In this document: positions 45,885 through 56,368 of the stretch, one piece after another
Layout of the letters: each line of letters begins with the position of its first letter
Numbering within the stretch: position 1 is the stretch's first letter
Source of the DNA: an uncultured Acidobacteriaceae bacterium
Lineage (GTDB): Bacteria > Acidobacteriota > Terriglobia > Terriglobales > Acidobacteriaceae
Length of the DNA: 64,000 nt
Assembly: GCA_963725975.1 (NCBI GenBank)
Contig: CAVSBA010000006.1
Span: 10,799 to 74,798 of the forward strand
Direction: 5' to 3'
Translations under genes and position numbers: made by a program
Notes under the pieces: generated by a model
Seen by the model: the letters and a program-made list of their open reading frames with translations, nothing else
Told to the model about the DNA's origin: nothing
Databases searched by the model: none

Positions 45885-47471
45885 GTGAATAGACGGAGAT
45901 TTCTTGAATGCGCAGGATTTCTGAGTGCGGCGGCAGCGGTCCCTGGGCTCGCCGAGTCACAAGAGGCTTCGCCCAGCGCTTCCGCTCCCGATCCGGCGGC
46001 AAGTCTGAATGATCCCATCACTCTCCACCCGGAAAATCCCCGGTATTTCATTTTCCGCGGGAAACCGCTGGTCTTGATCGCGGCGTCCGAACACTACGGT
46101 TCGGTGGTGAATCGCCGCTTCGACTTTGCAAAGTATCTCGAAGACGCGGCCGACAAAAAGCAGACTGTGACGCGTACGTTTCTGCTTTATCGCGAACTGC
46201 AGAGCGCGCGGAACCCATACTCTCCCGTGAAGCCGGAGTCGCCGGATTTCATTACGCCATGGCCGCGGACGGGGCCCGGCAAGGCGATGGATGGGGAGTT
46301 GATTTATGACTTGGACACTTGGAACCCCGAGTATTTCGACCGCTTGCACGCCTTTCTTTCCATGGCCTCAAAGCTGGGGATCGTGGCCGAGTTGACGGTG
46401 TTCAGCAACTCATACTCCGACGACAACTGGGCGCTTCAACCTCTGCGCGCAGAAAACAACAAGCAAAAAGTCGGCAAGGTATCCTGGGAGGAATATATTT
46501 CCCTGCGCAATCCCGATTTGGTGGCGCGACAAGAGGCCTTCGCGCGAAAGATTGTCGAAGAAACGGCCGGTTACGACAATGTGTACTACGAAATCTGCAA
46601 TGAACCGGGCGGCGGCGTTCCCGGGCATGTGACGACAGCCGAGGTGGACGCCTGGCAGCAAAAGATCGCCGGTACTCTTCGCCAGGAGTTCGCAAGCCGG
46701 AACCGCCATCACTTTCTCTCTGGTCAGGGCGCCTTCACCTATGCGCCGCACTTCGCACAATCATTCGATGAGAGCTTTTCCGGCTCCATGCTGGACGCGG
46801 TGAACATCCATCCCTTGCCCGATCTGACCTTCCACAACCAGACCTATCAACTTGGAAATTTCATGTCCAAGGAACTCCAACTGGAGCAATTCCGCGACTT
46901 CTTTCTGGCGACAGCGTCAGTGGGGAAACCTTGCATCTCCGATGAAGACAACTGCGCCAGTATGTATCGGGATGACGTGGGATGGACGATACAGCGTAAG
47001 CGGGCCTGGATGGCAGTGATGTGCGGCGCGCATTACGACTACATCGATTTTTCGATTCAGGTGGCCATTGAGGCGGGTACGAAAGAGTCGCGCCAGAAGA
47101 TCCGCACCTGGATGAAACATCTATCCGAGTTCATTCATTCCTATGATTTCATCCATGCACGGCCGGCTCCCGACTGGATCGAAGCCAAGCCGGGACCTCT
47201 GGTGGCGGGTGCGTTAGCTTTGCCGGGCGAGGATTACGTGGCGTACCTGGCTGATGCTCGTGAACTGTCAGACCCTTCGGCGGGCCAGCCGGTAAGCGGT
47301 CCGGTTTCGCTCACTCTTCCTCCAGGCAAATTTCGCGCCTCGCTGTATTCACCGGTAGCCGGCATGTATTCCCCGACATACCGCGTCGCGGGAGGACAGC
47401 GGGTGACCATCGATCTGCCTCCGTTCCAGGAGGACATCGTCATACGTGTGCAGCGCGAACAGGCGGAATAA
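45885..47471 (+). CDS. Tat-exported putative glycoside hydrolase (clan GH-A-like TIM barrel, DUF4038-related)
   Basis: NRRRFL; HPENPRYF..RGKP, DL..WNPEYFDRL, NVYYEICNEP (acid/base-like), KPCISDE (nucleophile-like). Confidence 0.72.
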   Translation: MNRRRFLECAGFLSAAAAVPGLAESQEASPSASAPDPAASLNDPITLHPENPRYFIFRGKPLVLIAASEHYGSVVNRRFDFAKYLEDAADKKQTVTRTFLLYRELQSARNPYSPVKPESPDFITPWPRTGPGKAMDGELIYDLDTWNPEYFDRLHAFLSMASKLGIVAELTVFSNSYSDDNWALQPLRAENNKQKVGKVSWEEYISLRNPDLVARQEAFARKIVEETAGYDNVYYEICNEPGGGVPGHVTTAEVDAWQQKIAGTLRQEFASRNRHHFLSGQGAFTYAPHFAQSFDESFSGSMLDAVNIHPLPDLTFHNQTYQLGNFMSKELQLEQFRDFFLATASVGKPCISDEDNCASMYRDDVGWTIQRKRAWMAVMCGAHYDYIDFSIQVAIEAGTKESRQKIRTWMKHLSEFIHSYDFIHARPAPDWIEAKPGPLVAGALALPGEDYVAYLADARELSDPSAGQPVSGPVSLTLPPGKFRASLYSPVAGMYSPTYRVAGGQRVTIDLPPFQEDIVIRVQREQAE

Positions 47472-47501
47472 AGGTAGTTTCGATCAGGGAGAGGAAAGAA
47501 A

Positions 47502-48395
47502 ATGCAGCCGGCCCTGCGAGGCGTTATTCCAATCTTGCCTACGCCCTTCACCGCGCGAGGCGAAATTGATGAGGCCGGTTTCCGGCGCGTCATCGACGCA
47601 GCTATCTCTGCTGGAGTCGATGGCGTTGCGATGTTTGGCCTGGCAAGCGAATACTACAAGCTTGCCGACGCCGAGCGGGAACAACTCACCAGGCTGCTGA
47701 TCGAATGCGTGGCGAAACGATGTCCGGCGATCGTTTCGATCGTATCTCACGCTACCGAACTGGCAGTAGAGGAAGCGAAGCGCGCCGCCCGGCAGGGTGC
47801 GGATGCGCTAATGCTGATGCCACCTTTTTTTCTTGCACCGCCGCTTGCAGACATCCTCGATCACATATGCCGGGTTATCGAATCCGTCGAGATTCCGGTG
47901 ATCGTTCAGTATGCGCCGCTACAGACGGGCCGCGTCATCGAGGCTACCGCATTTGCCGCCGTGGCTCGCCAGCTTTCCAACTTCAGCCACGTCAAGGTGG
48001 ATCTCGTGCCTTCGGGCCCCACGGTCGCGGCTCTTACGGCCAACGGCGTCAAATCGCTGGTCGGCTATATGGGTCTCCATTTTCCTGAAGATATGTCCCG
48101 TGGCGCGGAAGGAGTCATGCCTACCGTGTCCATCGTGCCGGGCATGCTGAAAATTCGGCAACTGCTGGAAGCAGATGCGGAGAATGCGCGCCGCATTCAT
48201 TGCGAAATCCTTCCCTTTCTCAATTTCACCATGCAGTCAGTCGAATTCCTCATTGCCTGCGAAAAACAACTGCTTGTGGAAGCGGGCTTGCTGGAGTCGA
48301 CATTCTCGCGCGCTCCCGCGTATCGGCTCGATGCCACGCAGCGCGCCGAACTGGCCTGGCATAGGCAGCGCATTCGCCGCTGGCTGATTGGCTAA
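47502..48395 (+). CDS. Dihydrodipicolinate-synthase-family aldolase/dehydratase
   Basis: GVIPILPTPF...GEID, GLASE, GADALM.MPPF, QY, HVK (Schiff-base Lys). Confidence 0.88.
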   Translation: MQPALRGVIPILPTPFTARGEIDEAGFRRVIDAAISAGVDGVAMFGLASEYYKLADAEREQLTRLLIECVAKRCPAIVSIVSHATELAVEEAKRAARQGADALMLMPPFFLAPPLADILDHICRVIESVEIPVIVQYAPLQTGRVIEATAFAAVARQLSNFSHVKVDLVPSGPTVAALTANGVKSLVGYMGLHFPEDMSRGAEGVMPTVSIVPGMLKIRQLLEADAENARRIHCEILPFLNFTMQSVEFLIACEKQLLVEAGLLESTFSRAPAYRLDATQRAELAWHRQRIRRWLIG

Positions 48396-48417
48396 AGGGG
48401 CAGAACTCGAACTGGGA

Positions 48418-49593
48418 TCACGCGCACAGGCGAGCGATGACCTCGTTCCGCGGGACGATGCCCAGGCCAGGAGCACTGTTCATGGTGAGTTGCCCGTTCT
48501 CGGCTTGGGGCAGACCGGAGAAGATCTTCCAAAACAGTTCGTTGCCGGTATCCGGCTCCACATCCGGGAAATACTCCACCAACGGGCACACATGAGGCGC
48601 ACGGCTGAAGATCAGGTGCAGATTATGCGCTTCATTGGAATGAGGAATGACAGGTAACCCTGCGGCTTCGGCCATGGCACAAATTTTGAGCGCTTCGGTG
48701 ATGCCGCCGGCTCGATTGACATCGAACTGCACAATGTCCGTTCCCCTTTGCTCGATCCAATCCTTGAACTCCCACTTACCGTAGAGATGTTCTCCGCAGC
48801 TCCAGCGCTGTTGCGGACAGCGCCGCTTGAGTTCAATGTATCCGGCGATTTCGTGAGGCATCAAAGGCTCCTCAATCCAGGAGAGATTGAACTCCTGCAA
48901 GCGCCTGGCCATCTCCATTGCGTATCCAATATTCCATCCCATGTACGCATCGGCGGCGAGTTCCACGTCATCGCCAATGGCTTCCCGCACCGTCCGCACC
49001 AGTTCCACATTACGTTCCATGCCTTGGGGTCCGTCTTGGGGGCCGAAGCCAAAGCGGTGCTTCATCCGCCTGAATCCCAGGCTCTTCCAATGACGCGCCT
49101 CGTCGGCAAGTTGATCGAGGTCTTCCAAAGCATAGAGCCGGCTCACGTAGCATGGCACCGACGTTTGCGTACGGCCCCCGATCATGTCATAGACAGGTTT
49201 GCCCTCGGCTTTCCCATGCAGATCCCAACAGGCCAGATCAAGCGCCGATATCGCTGCCATGGCCGAACCGGAGCGGCCGAAGCGCACGGTTGTGCGATAC
49301 ATGCGTTGCCATAAGTGCTCGTGACGGCGTGGATCTTCTCCGAGCAGCAAATCCCTGTAGTAGTCCTCGATGAGCGCTTTTGCTCCTCCGTGAAAGGCTC
49401 CCGCCGTGCCCACGCCGGTATGACCGTCGTCTGTCTCTACCTCAACCAAGGTGCACATCGCCGGGCCAAACCAGCCCCCCGGTTTGGTTTCGAAGTCTTC
49501 AAACTGCGAGGCGTTGCTGACCAGGTTGCGTTTCAGAGTGGCTGGAGCCTGAGAAAATCCGATGTTTCGAGTCACGATTCTCGTAATTTGCAT
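48418..49593 (-). CDS. Mandelate racemase/enolase-superfamily acid-sugar dehydratase (L-rhamnonate dehydratase-like)
   Basis: AISALDLACWDL.GK...KPVY...GG, KHRFG.GP.DG, DAYMGW, WIEEP, GEH, Q.DV.R.GG, IPH; TAATG overlap with the SDR. Confidence 0.88.
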   Translation of the reverse strand: MQITRIVTRNIGFSQAPATLKRNLVSNASQFEDFETKPGGWFGPAMCTLVEVETDDGHTGVGTAGAFHGGAKALIEDYYRDLLLGEDPRRHEHLWQRMYRTTVRFGRSGSAMAAISALDLACWDLHGKAEGKPVYDMIGGRTQTSVPCYVSRLYALEDLDQLADEARHWKSLGFRRMKHRFGFGPQDGPQGMERNVELVRTVREAIGDDVELAADAYMGWNIGYAMEMARRLQEFNLSWIEEPLMPHEIAGYIELKRRCPQQRWSCGEHLYGKWEFKDWIEQRGTDIVQFDVNRAGGITEALKICAMAEAAGLPVIPHSNEAHNLHLIFSRAPHVCPLVEYFPDVEPDTGNELFWKIFSGLPQAENGQLTMNSAPGLGIVPRNEVIARLCA

Positions 49594-50417
49594 TATCGCC
49601 ACCAAAGAGCACTGATGACAGAGCCGCCATCGTGCAACATCTCTGTTCCTGTGATGTAGGCTGCCTCGTCGGAAGCCAGAAATGCGGTCGCGCCGGCGAT
49701 CTCTTCCACGGTAGCCATCCGGTGCGCGGGAATATTCTTTTCGAGCGCGTCCATCACCGCAGGGTCGCGCAACAGATCGCGATTGAGGTCGGTGACAGCC
49801 CCTTGCGGACAGAGCAGGTTCGAGGTGATGTTATGTCCCACCAGTTCCATCGCTGCGCAGCGGCTTAACATCAACAGTCCCGCTTTGGTCACGCAATAAG
49901 CCGATTGCTGAGCTGTAGGGAGAAGCGAGGCGGTGGAACCAATGTGGATCATGCGGCCGCCTTTTCCGCGCGCCACCATGTGGCGGCCAACAAACTGAGT
50001 GAAGTGAAAAGCCCCGGTAAGATCCACCGACAGCATACGGTCCCAGTCCTCCGGGCGGCATTCCATCAAGGAGCCAAAGACAATCATGCCGGCGTTGTTG
50101 ACGAGGATATCGATGGAGCCGAAGAGCCGAATCGCCTCATTCACCGCGCTCTCCACTGCAGCGCGGTTGGAAACATCGACATAATGAGCGGTGGCGCGCA
50201 CACCTAGCTGGGCTACTTGCCGTGCCGTCGCCTGGGCTTCGTCGAGGTCCTTATCGACGATAAAAATGTCGGCACTTTCCTGTGCAAAGCGCAACGCGAT
50301 GGCTTTGCCGATTCCCCGGGCTCCGCCCGTAATGAGAGCGGTCTTGCCACGCAGCCGCTGCGGCGTCGGCGTGATGTGCGGCTGGTAAGCCTCCGTGTTC
50401 GATCGGGAGCTATTCAA
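49593..50417 (-). CDS. SDR-family oxidoreductase
   Basis: TGGARGIG, NNAG, S, YCVTK, DGG. Confidence 0.92.
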   Translation of the reverse strand: MNSSRSNTEAYQPHITPTPQRLRGKTALITGGARGIGKAIALRFAQESADIFIVDKDLDEAQATARQVAQLGVRATAHYVDVSNRAAVESAVNEAIRLFGSIDILVNNAGMIVFGSLMECRPEDWDRMLSVDLTGAFHFTQFVGRHMVARGKGGRMIHIGSTASLLPTAQQSAYCVTKAGLLMLSRCAAMELVGHNITSNLLCPQGAVTDLNRDLLRDPAVMDALEKNIPAHRMATVEEIAGATAFLASDEAAYITGTEMLHDGGSVISALWWR

Positions 50418-50649
50418 AGATTCACTCCTTGCGTGATCCTGGGACGGTTGTAAATCTCACCTAGACTAGCAACGGATTGGCCATCCAGCAAGAGCGCTGT
50501 GCGGGCGGCACAAACTTCGCGTACCATTTGGTAGCCTACATGTGGAACGGAGAGGCAGAATGGATGGCAAGCAGAAAGTGAACGAAATGGGTTGAAGCCG
50601 CGCCGTGCGCTGGGGAATTAGACTTCAATCTGTTTCTGGAGGAAACCGG

Positions 50650-51429
50650 ATGCCGCTTCCCAAGCCTGCCTGTTTTGTGGCCCCATGGGTACTCGTGTTC
50701 GCTCTCTGTGCTCACGCGCAGAACGGCGCATCCGCATTGCCCGACGCTCCGACCCCCGCGGTCCCGTCGCAGAGCAGCGCGGTGACTCTGCGCAACACGC
50801 CCCGCCATTTCCTTGAGGACCAGGAAGCGATCTGGACCAGCCCGGCGCGCATTCGCGAGTCGAATGCCATGGGCCCTGTCGCACTCGTTCTTGCCACAAC
50901 CCTCGTGATGACCACCGATCATCAGGTGATGTCCTCGTCCAGGCTGATTGATCCATCTCTCAATAGCCACGCCTCTACCGCCTCGAACGGCCTTCTCGGC
51001 GGCTTTGTCGCTGCTCCCGTTCTGATCTATGGCATCGGCTACCTGCATCACGACCAGTACGCCACACGAACGGGAATCCTGGGCGGCGAAGCGATGACCG
51101 ACAGCCTGGTGGTGGATGAAGTGATGAAGCTTATCTCCCTGCGAGAACGGCCCACCGTTGACGGGGCCCGAGGAAAGTTCTTTCAGACCCAGGTGGGCAC
51201 CGACTCCTCATTTCCCTCCACTCATTGCATGATCGCGTGGTCTTCCGCAGCGGTTCTGGCTTCTGAATACAACGGCCCACTGACCAAGATCACGGCCTAC
51301 GGGCTAGCGACGGGCCTTAGCGCAACGCGCATTTTAGCTCGCCAGCACTTCCCGTCGGATGTGCTGGTGGGTAGCGCCGTGGGCTGGATGATCGGCCGCT
51401 ATGTCGCCCACCGCCATCATCTCCGCTGA
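50650..51429 (+). CDS. PAP2-family phosphatase
   Basis: KxxxxRERP, SFPSTH, RI....HFPSDV..G; signal peptide; GGAGG RBS. Confidence 0.88.
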   Translation: MPLPKPACFVAPWVLVFALCAHAQNGASALPDAPTPAVPSQSSAVTLRNTPRHFLEDQEAIWTSPARIRESNAMGPVALVLATTLVMTTDHQVMSSSRLIDPSLNSHASTASNGLLGGFVAAPVLIYGIGYLHHDQYATRTGILGGEAMTDSLVVDEVMKLISLRERPTVDGARGKFFQTQVGTDSSFPSTHCMIAWSSAAVLASEYNGPLTKITAYGLATGLSATRILARQHFPSDVLVGSAVGWMIGRYVAHRHHLR

Positions 51430-51522
51430 TGTGCCAGCGTTCTATTGAAGCGGCTCGGGCCTGCTCCAGGCAATTGAGGACCGGCACATGGCAGACGGGA
51501 AGACGGGGCTCACCACGCCACT

Positions 51523-54500
51523 TCAGTTCGTTTCTCCTCGCTCTGCCGCCTGATCTTTGATTGCCACGGTTCCCGCCGCGGGCATGAGATGCGACGCGAA
51601 GTTGTAATTGCCGGAGCCTACCTCGTATTCGACCGCATGCCCGCTCTGGCCGATAAAGCGCACGCCGGACTCAGATTCCGGGATCCGGCCATTTTCCCGC
51701 ACGCTTTCCCGATTGTCGGCCGGCATAAAGACCGTCGCCGTGGTATTGGGCGGCACGGTGACGTGCAGCGTGAATGCATCGCCGTTCCGCCTCCAGTCCA
51801 CGGCGATCGGGCCATACGGTGAATCGTGCGATGCACGCACGAAGGCGAGATCGCCGAGAACCCGTGGCTGAATGAGGATATGCTTGAAACCGGGCTGTTG
51901 CGGGTCCGTGCGGATGCCTGCCAGGTCCTCGTACATCCACGACTGCAGGTCGCCCAGCAGCATCAGGTGATTGCCGGAGTTCATCGCGGGCCCGGCAACA
52001 TTGCCATTCCATAGCTCCCAGATGGTCGTGGCGTTGTGCGCGAGCATATATCCCCAGCTTGGATAAGTGGTCTGCGTCAGGATCTGATAAGCCACATCGC
52101 CGTAGCCGGCATTCGTCAGCGTCTTCATCAGCCATTGCTGGCCCATGATTCCCACCCCCACATGCCCGTGCGTACGCTGCTCGATATCCTGCACCAGGGC
52201 CTTCGCAATCTCGGCGCGGCGATCATCCGGCGCCATTCCCACAGCGAGCGCTAACACGCTCGAAGTTTGGGAGCCGTCGGCGTAGAGGCCCGTCTCAGGA
52301 TGGAAGTACTTTTGGTTGAAGGCTGCACGAATGCGATTGGCCAGCGCGTCATATTCCTCCTGGTCCTGCGCGTGTCCGGCAATGGCCGCGAACTGCGACA
52401 TGAGGCGCAGTTCGTAGTAGAAGTATGTAGACCCGAGCACCTCCGGCGCCGTTACTTCGCGCGGGTCGTCGTCCTGCAATGCATCCAGCGTCAACGGGGG
52501 CACGCACCAGTCGCCGTACGTGTCAACGGGAAGAAGATCGTCCTTCATCAGGGTGCGTGTGTGTTCTACCCATCGCCGCATGGCCGCATAGTGCTGCTCA
52601 ATGCCGGTGTCATCGCCGTACTGCTGGTGGAGCATGTTGGCGACAAAGAAGAACGTGGCCGGCCAGGTGGCCTGATTTGAATAGATGGGCCAGTAAGCAG
52701 GCGCCACATCGTTGATGCGGCCGTCGCTTTTCTGCGAGTCCGCGATGTCATTCAGCCATTTTGCATAAAACTGCTCAACGTCGAAGAAGTACGTCTCGCC
52801 GAAGCTCTCGGCGGAACGGTCGCCCAGCCAGCCCTGCCGCTCATCGCGCTGATCGCAATCCGTGGGGATACTGCGATAGTTGCCGAGGTCACTCCAGAGA
52901 ATGGCTTTGTAGATACCGTTGATGGTGGCGTTCGAAGTGACGAAGTCCGCGTGCTCCGCCAGGGCATCGTGCACCACCTCGCCCATAATGGAATCGAGCG
53001 TGGGGACGCCGGGATAGCCGATCACCTCCACGTAGCGATAGCCATGTTCCGTAAATCCCGGCTCCCAGGTTTCCTCGCCGCCGCCCTTCAGGATATATAC
53101 GTCCGTTTGTCGCGCAGAGCGCAGGTTGTCGGTGTACAGACCGCCGTCGGGCCGAAGGGTTTCGGCATAGCGCAGGGTTACGCGCGTACCGGCCGGTCCG
53201 CGAACGCGCAGGCGCGACCAACCCATCATGTTCTGCCCCATGTCGAAGATGTAGGCGTCGGGCCGCAGCTCAATGATCTTCACTGGCCGCAGCTGCTGGT
53301 CCACCTGGATGGGTGGATTCATCTGCGCCCGCAGCTCGCCCGCGGGAGCAGGCATCTGCTCGGCCGCAACCCACTTCTGGTCATCGTAGCCCGGACTTGA
53401 CCATCCCGGCATTTCCAGGCGGGCGTCGTACTCTTCTCCGTCGTAATCGTTGTTGGCGCGGATAGGACCATCTGTAGTGGCTTTCCACGTAGTGTCTGTC
53501 ATCACCGTGCTAGGCCCACTGGCGCTGTCGATCTCCAGTTGCATTCGCGCTTCGGGATATCCAAATGATCTTGTCTCTGCGGGGAGGAACATTCGCGGCG
53601 CGTAAAAGCGCCCGTTGCCCAGCACGATGCCCACAGTGTTCTTGCCCGCGTGAAGATAACGCGCGACATCATAGGTGACATAAAGTACGCGGCGGTCGTA
53701 GTCCGTCAACCCCGGCGCGAGGACGTCCTTACCCACCCTGCGGCCGTTGAGATAAAGCTCAAAGTAGCCCAGCCCGCTGATATACACATGCGCCGCGCGT
53801 GGGACAGCGCTCAACACGAAGTCCTTTCGTAACATGCGCGCCGCCAGCCGCCTGCGCTCGCCTCCCACCACGGGCAACGGCAAGCCGCTCACCACCTGGG
53901 CAGGCCGCCAGCTCGCATCGTCGAACCCCGGCCGCTGCCAGCCCATCGCTTCTTTGTCGCTCGCTTTCCATTGCGCGTCCGACTGGATGTGATCGATTCG
54001 GCCGTCGGCCCGATCCAGCGTAAGGCCCGCAATCATCGCCGCGGAAAATGTATCCGGCTTCACTTCAATCGCAATGCTGTTCCAGCCGGTGTGCAGCGTC
54101 CCTGTAACGTCCCCCACGGCATACCCACGTGGGCCGCCAAGGCCGGTGGCAATCTTCTGGCCGTTCACATAAGCCGCGATTTCACCGGAGCCGGCGGCCG
54201 CGAAGAGCGCGTAACTGACAGGATCCTTCTGCGAGATTTGAAAGAGGCCACGGAACCAGCGTGTTCCCGGACCGGCGCGATGGTCCGCGATCCAGTGCGC
54301 ACCGCTCAGCTCTTCAGAGGGCGCATCGCCGCCTTTCACGCCGATCCACTGCCCCTTCCAGTCGCCCGGTTGCAGCAGCCCCATCGACCAACTTGCCGGC
54401 CTGCTCCACGTGGAGGCGCGGCCGTCCTGGTCCCACACCTGCACTTTCCACCACGCGCTCTGCTGCGAGGCGAGCGGCTTGCCCGCGTACTGAAGCTGAT

Positions 54501-54813
54501 TGGACTGCGAGGATGCGACCTTGCCGGAATCCCACAGATCGCCTTTGTCCTGGTTCAGCAGCTCCGGGGAGCTTGCGACAAGCACGCGATAGGCGGTCTG
54601 GCGAAGATCCCGTGCGTCCGCACTGCCGGCCACCAGCATCCAACTCAGGCGGGGCGTGGTGGCATCGATGCCCAGAGGGTCAACGAGGTTCTCGCACTGC
54701 AGTTTATCGACATGCACCGAACCCACTACCGGCGTGGTGGCGCAAATGCCAGCCACCGATCCACATAGCGCCGCCGCCAGTGCAACCCATTGCCAAAGCC
54801 CGCTCTTTGCCAT
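51523..54813 (-). CDS. Secreted alpha-L-rhamnosidase, GH78
   Basis: L.CE...DPLGID...PRLSW, GDLWDSGKV, SGLGYFEL.LNG, DMGQN, PTDCDQRDERQGWLGD, YGDW, PSWGYM....ATTIWELW, MNS.NH. Confidence 0.93.
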   Translation of the reverse strand: MAKSGLWQWVALAAALCGSVAGICATTPVVGSVHVDKLQCENLVDPLGIDATTPRLSWMLVAGSADARDLRQTAYRVLVASSPELLNQDKGDLWDSGKVASSQSNQLQYAGKPLASQQSAWWKVQVWDQDGRASTWSRPASWSMGLLQPGDWKGQWIGVKGGDAPSEELSGAHWIADHRAGPGTRWFRGLFQISQKDPVSYALFAAAGSGEIAAYVNGQKIATGLGGPRGYAVGDVTGTLHTGWNSIAIEVKPDTFSAAMIAGLTLDRADGRIDHIQSDAQWKASDKEAMGWQRPGFDDASWRPAQVVSGLPLPVVGGERRRLAARMLRKDFVLSAVPRAAHVYISGLGYFELYLNGRRVGKDVLAPGLTDYDRRVLYVTYDVARYLHAGKNTVGIVLGNGRFYAPRMFLPAETRSFGYPEARMQLEIDSASGPSTVMTDTTWKATTDGPIRANNDYDGEEYDARLEMPGWSSPGYDDQKWVAAEQMPAPAGELRAQMNPPIQVDQQLRPVKIIELRPDAYIFDMGQNMMGWSRLRVRGPAGTRVTLRYAETLRPDGGLYTDNLRSARQTDVYILKGGGEETWEPGFTEHGYRYVEVIGYPGVPTLDSIMGEVVHDALAEHADFVTSNATINGIYKAILWSDLGNYRSIPTDCDQRDERQGWLGDRSAESFGETYFFDVEQFYAKWLNDIADSQKSDGRINDVAPAYWPIYSNQATWPATFFFVANMLHQQYGDDTGIEQHYAAMRRWVEHTRTLMKDDLLPVDTYGDWCVPPLTLDALQDDDPREVTAPEVLGSTYFYYELRLMSQFAAIAGHAQDQEEYDALANRIRAAFNQKYFHPETGLYADGSQTSSVLALAVGMAPDDRRAEIAKALVQDIEQRTHGHVGVGIMGQQWLMKTLTNAGYGDVAYQILTQTTYPSWGYMLAHNATTIWELWNGNVAGPAMNSGNHLMLLGDLQSWMYEDLAGIRTDPQQPGFKHILIQPRVLGDLAFVRASHDSPYGPIAVDWRRNGDAFTLHVTVPPNTTATVFMPADNRESVRENGRIPESESGVRFIGQSGHAVEYEVGSGNYNFASHLMPAAGTVAIKDQAAERGETN

Positions 54814-55179
54814 GGCAACACAACTATCAAACCGGAGTCACCACGGTCAACGCGGGGAAACCGGCATTGAGCTTGAAAGTACACCCGCGAACCTCTCGGT
54901 TTGCAATATGTGGATCAGTAGGTTGCAACAGCACTTCGCGCCCGGACTTACCGAGATATCGGCCGTGTAGAAGGTGACAGCAAGGAGCAGAGCGGCGTTG
55001 CGCAGCTCTGCTGGAACCAGGTTCGACTCGTCCAGCAACCTGCTAGACTGATGCATAGTTTGACCGCGAGCGCGCGCGGACGGGAAGCCGGACGGGCTAA
55101 ATATGCCTCGGACGGCACGCGGCCGGGAGCGGTGCCCTCTTCCACTGAGTGATGATCTTGACGCATCCTAGAGAAGTGG

Positions 55180-56256
55180 ATGCATTGGGAAAGAATGAAA
55201 AGTTACCGAGAATATCTTCTGGAGCACACTGGGAGCCTGTCGCAGGTGGGCGGAATTTCGGCTTTTCTCCACGCCGATGGCCGTGCCAAAGGGGTTTCCA
55301 CATTGCGGGTTCGAACTGCCCGCGGCCTTGAGTTTTGGATCGTTCCGGATCGCGGTTTGGATATCTTCGAGTGTAGCTGGCGAGGAAAATCCCTGTGCTG
55401 GCATTCTCCCGCCGGCATGGTTCATCCGTCCTATTATTCGAACCGGGGCACGGAATGGTTGAGGACGTTCGCCGGCGGCCTGCTGTCCACCTGCGGATTG
55501 ACCACCGCGGGCGCGCCCTCTGTGGACGATGGCGAAAGCCTGGGTTTGCACGGGTCGGCCGCGAATACTCCAGCCGAGGCTGTGCAGTGGTCGGAACGAT
55601 GGAGCGATGAAGACTGTGAGTTCACCGTCTCCGGTTACGTGCGCGAGGTTTCAGTTCTGGGCCACCACCTGGTGTTGAACCGGAAGATCACGACTTCGTT
55701 GCAAAGCAGCCGGATCGTCATCGAGGATGTTGTGGAGAACCGGGGAATTCGCGAATCCCCGCTCATGCTGCTGTATCACTTCAACTTCGGCTATCCCCTG
55801 CTGACTGCCAACACCCGGTTGTTCGCTCCCTCGCGGCACGTCGAACCGGCCACCGAATTGGCGGCCCAATCTGCCGCGCAGTGGCATAGTTTTGAAGAAC
55901 CTGTTTTCGGCATCGGCGAGCGCGTCTACTTTCATGACATGGAAGCGCAGACCGATGGAATGGTCACGGCCGTTCTGGTTAGCGATCAAACAACGAGAGA
56001 TTTTGGAATTTGCTTGCGCTACAGCAAGGCGACTTTACCCGAGTTCGTTCAGTGGAAGATGTCCGGGGCCAATCACTACGTTCTGGGATTGGAACCGTCA
56101 AATTGCAGGAGCCTGGGACGTGCGGCGGAGCGTGCCCGCGGTACGCTCAAGAGCTTATCGCCGGGAACGCAATGTGAATTCAGGATTGAATTGCAGGTCT
56201 TGGAGGGCGCCGAGGAAGTCGCAGCTGCCTTGCGGGCGGCTGGCCCGCAGGAGTAG
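55180..56256 (+). CDS. Aldose 1-epimerase-like protein (DUF4432)
   Basis: PDRGLDI, WL..F.GGLL.TCGL...GAP, LHG...NTPA, LYHFNFGYPL, YVLGLEP. Confidence 0.85.
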   Translation: MHWERMKSYREYLLEHTGSLSQVGGISAFLHADGRAKGVSTLRVRTARGLEFWIVPDRGLDIFECSWRGKSLCWHSPAGMVHPSYYSNRGTEWLRTFAGGLLSTCGLTTAGAPSVDDGESLGLHGSAANTPAEAVQWSERWSDEDCEFTVSGYVREVSVLGHHLVLNRKITTSLQSSRIVIEDVVENRGIRESPLMLLYHFNFGYPLLTANTRLFAPSRHVEPATELAAQSAAQWHSFEEPVFGIGERVYFHDMEAQTDGMVTAVLVSDQTTRDFGICLRYSKATLPEFVQWKMSGANHYVLGLEPSNCRSLGRAAERARGTLKSLSPGTQCEFRIELQVLEGAEEVAAALRAAGPQE

Positions 56257-56288
56257 TCAACTGCGTGGTGCGACGAACCTCGGGGCGA

Positions 56289-56337
56289 TTGACAGTGTTT
56301 CCGAGAGGGCAATATAGTCACTCCGTGAGACGTCTCA
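56289..56337 (+). promoter_or_regulatory. Sigma70 promoter with palindromic operator
   Basis: TTGACA(56289)-N18-TATAGT(56313); TGAGACGTCTCA at 56326-56337. Confidence 0.75.
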
Positions 56338-56368
56338 TTCCCGCCTGCCGCAAGCGGGCACATTACAG

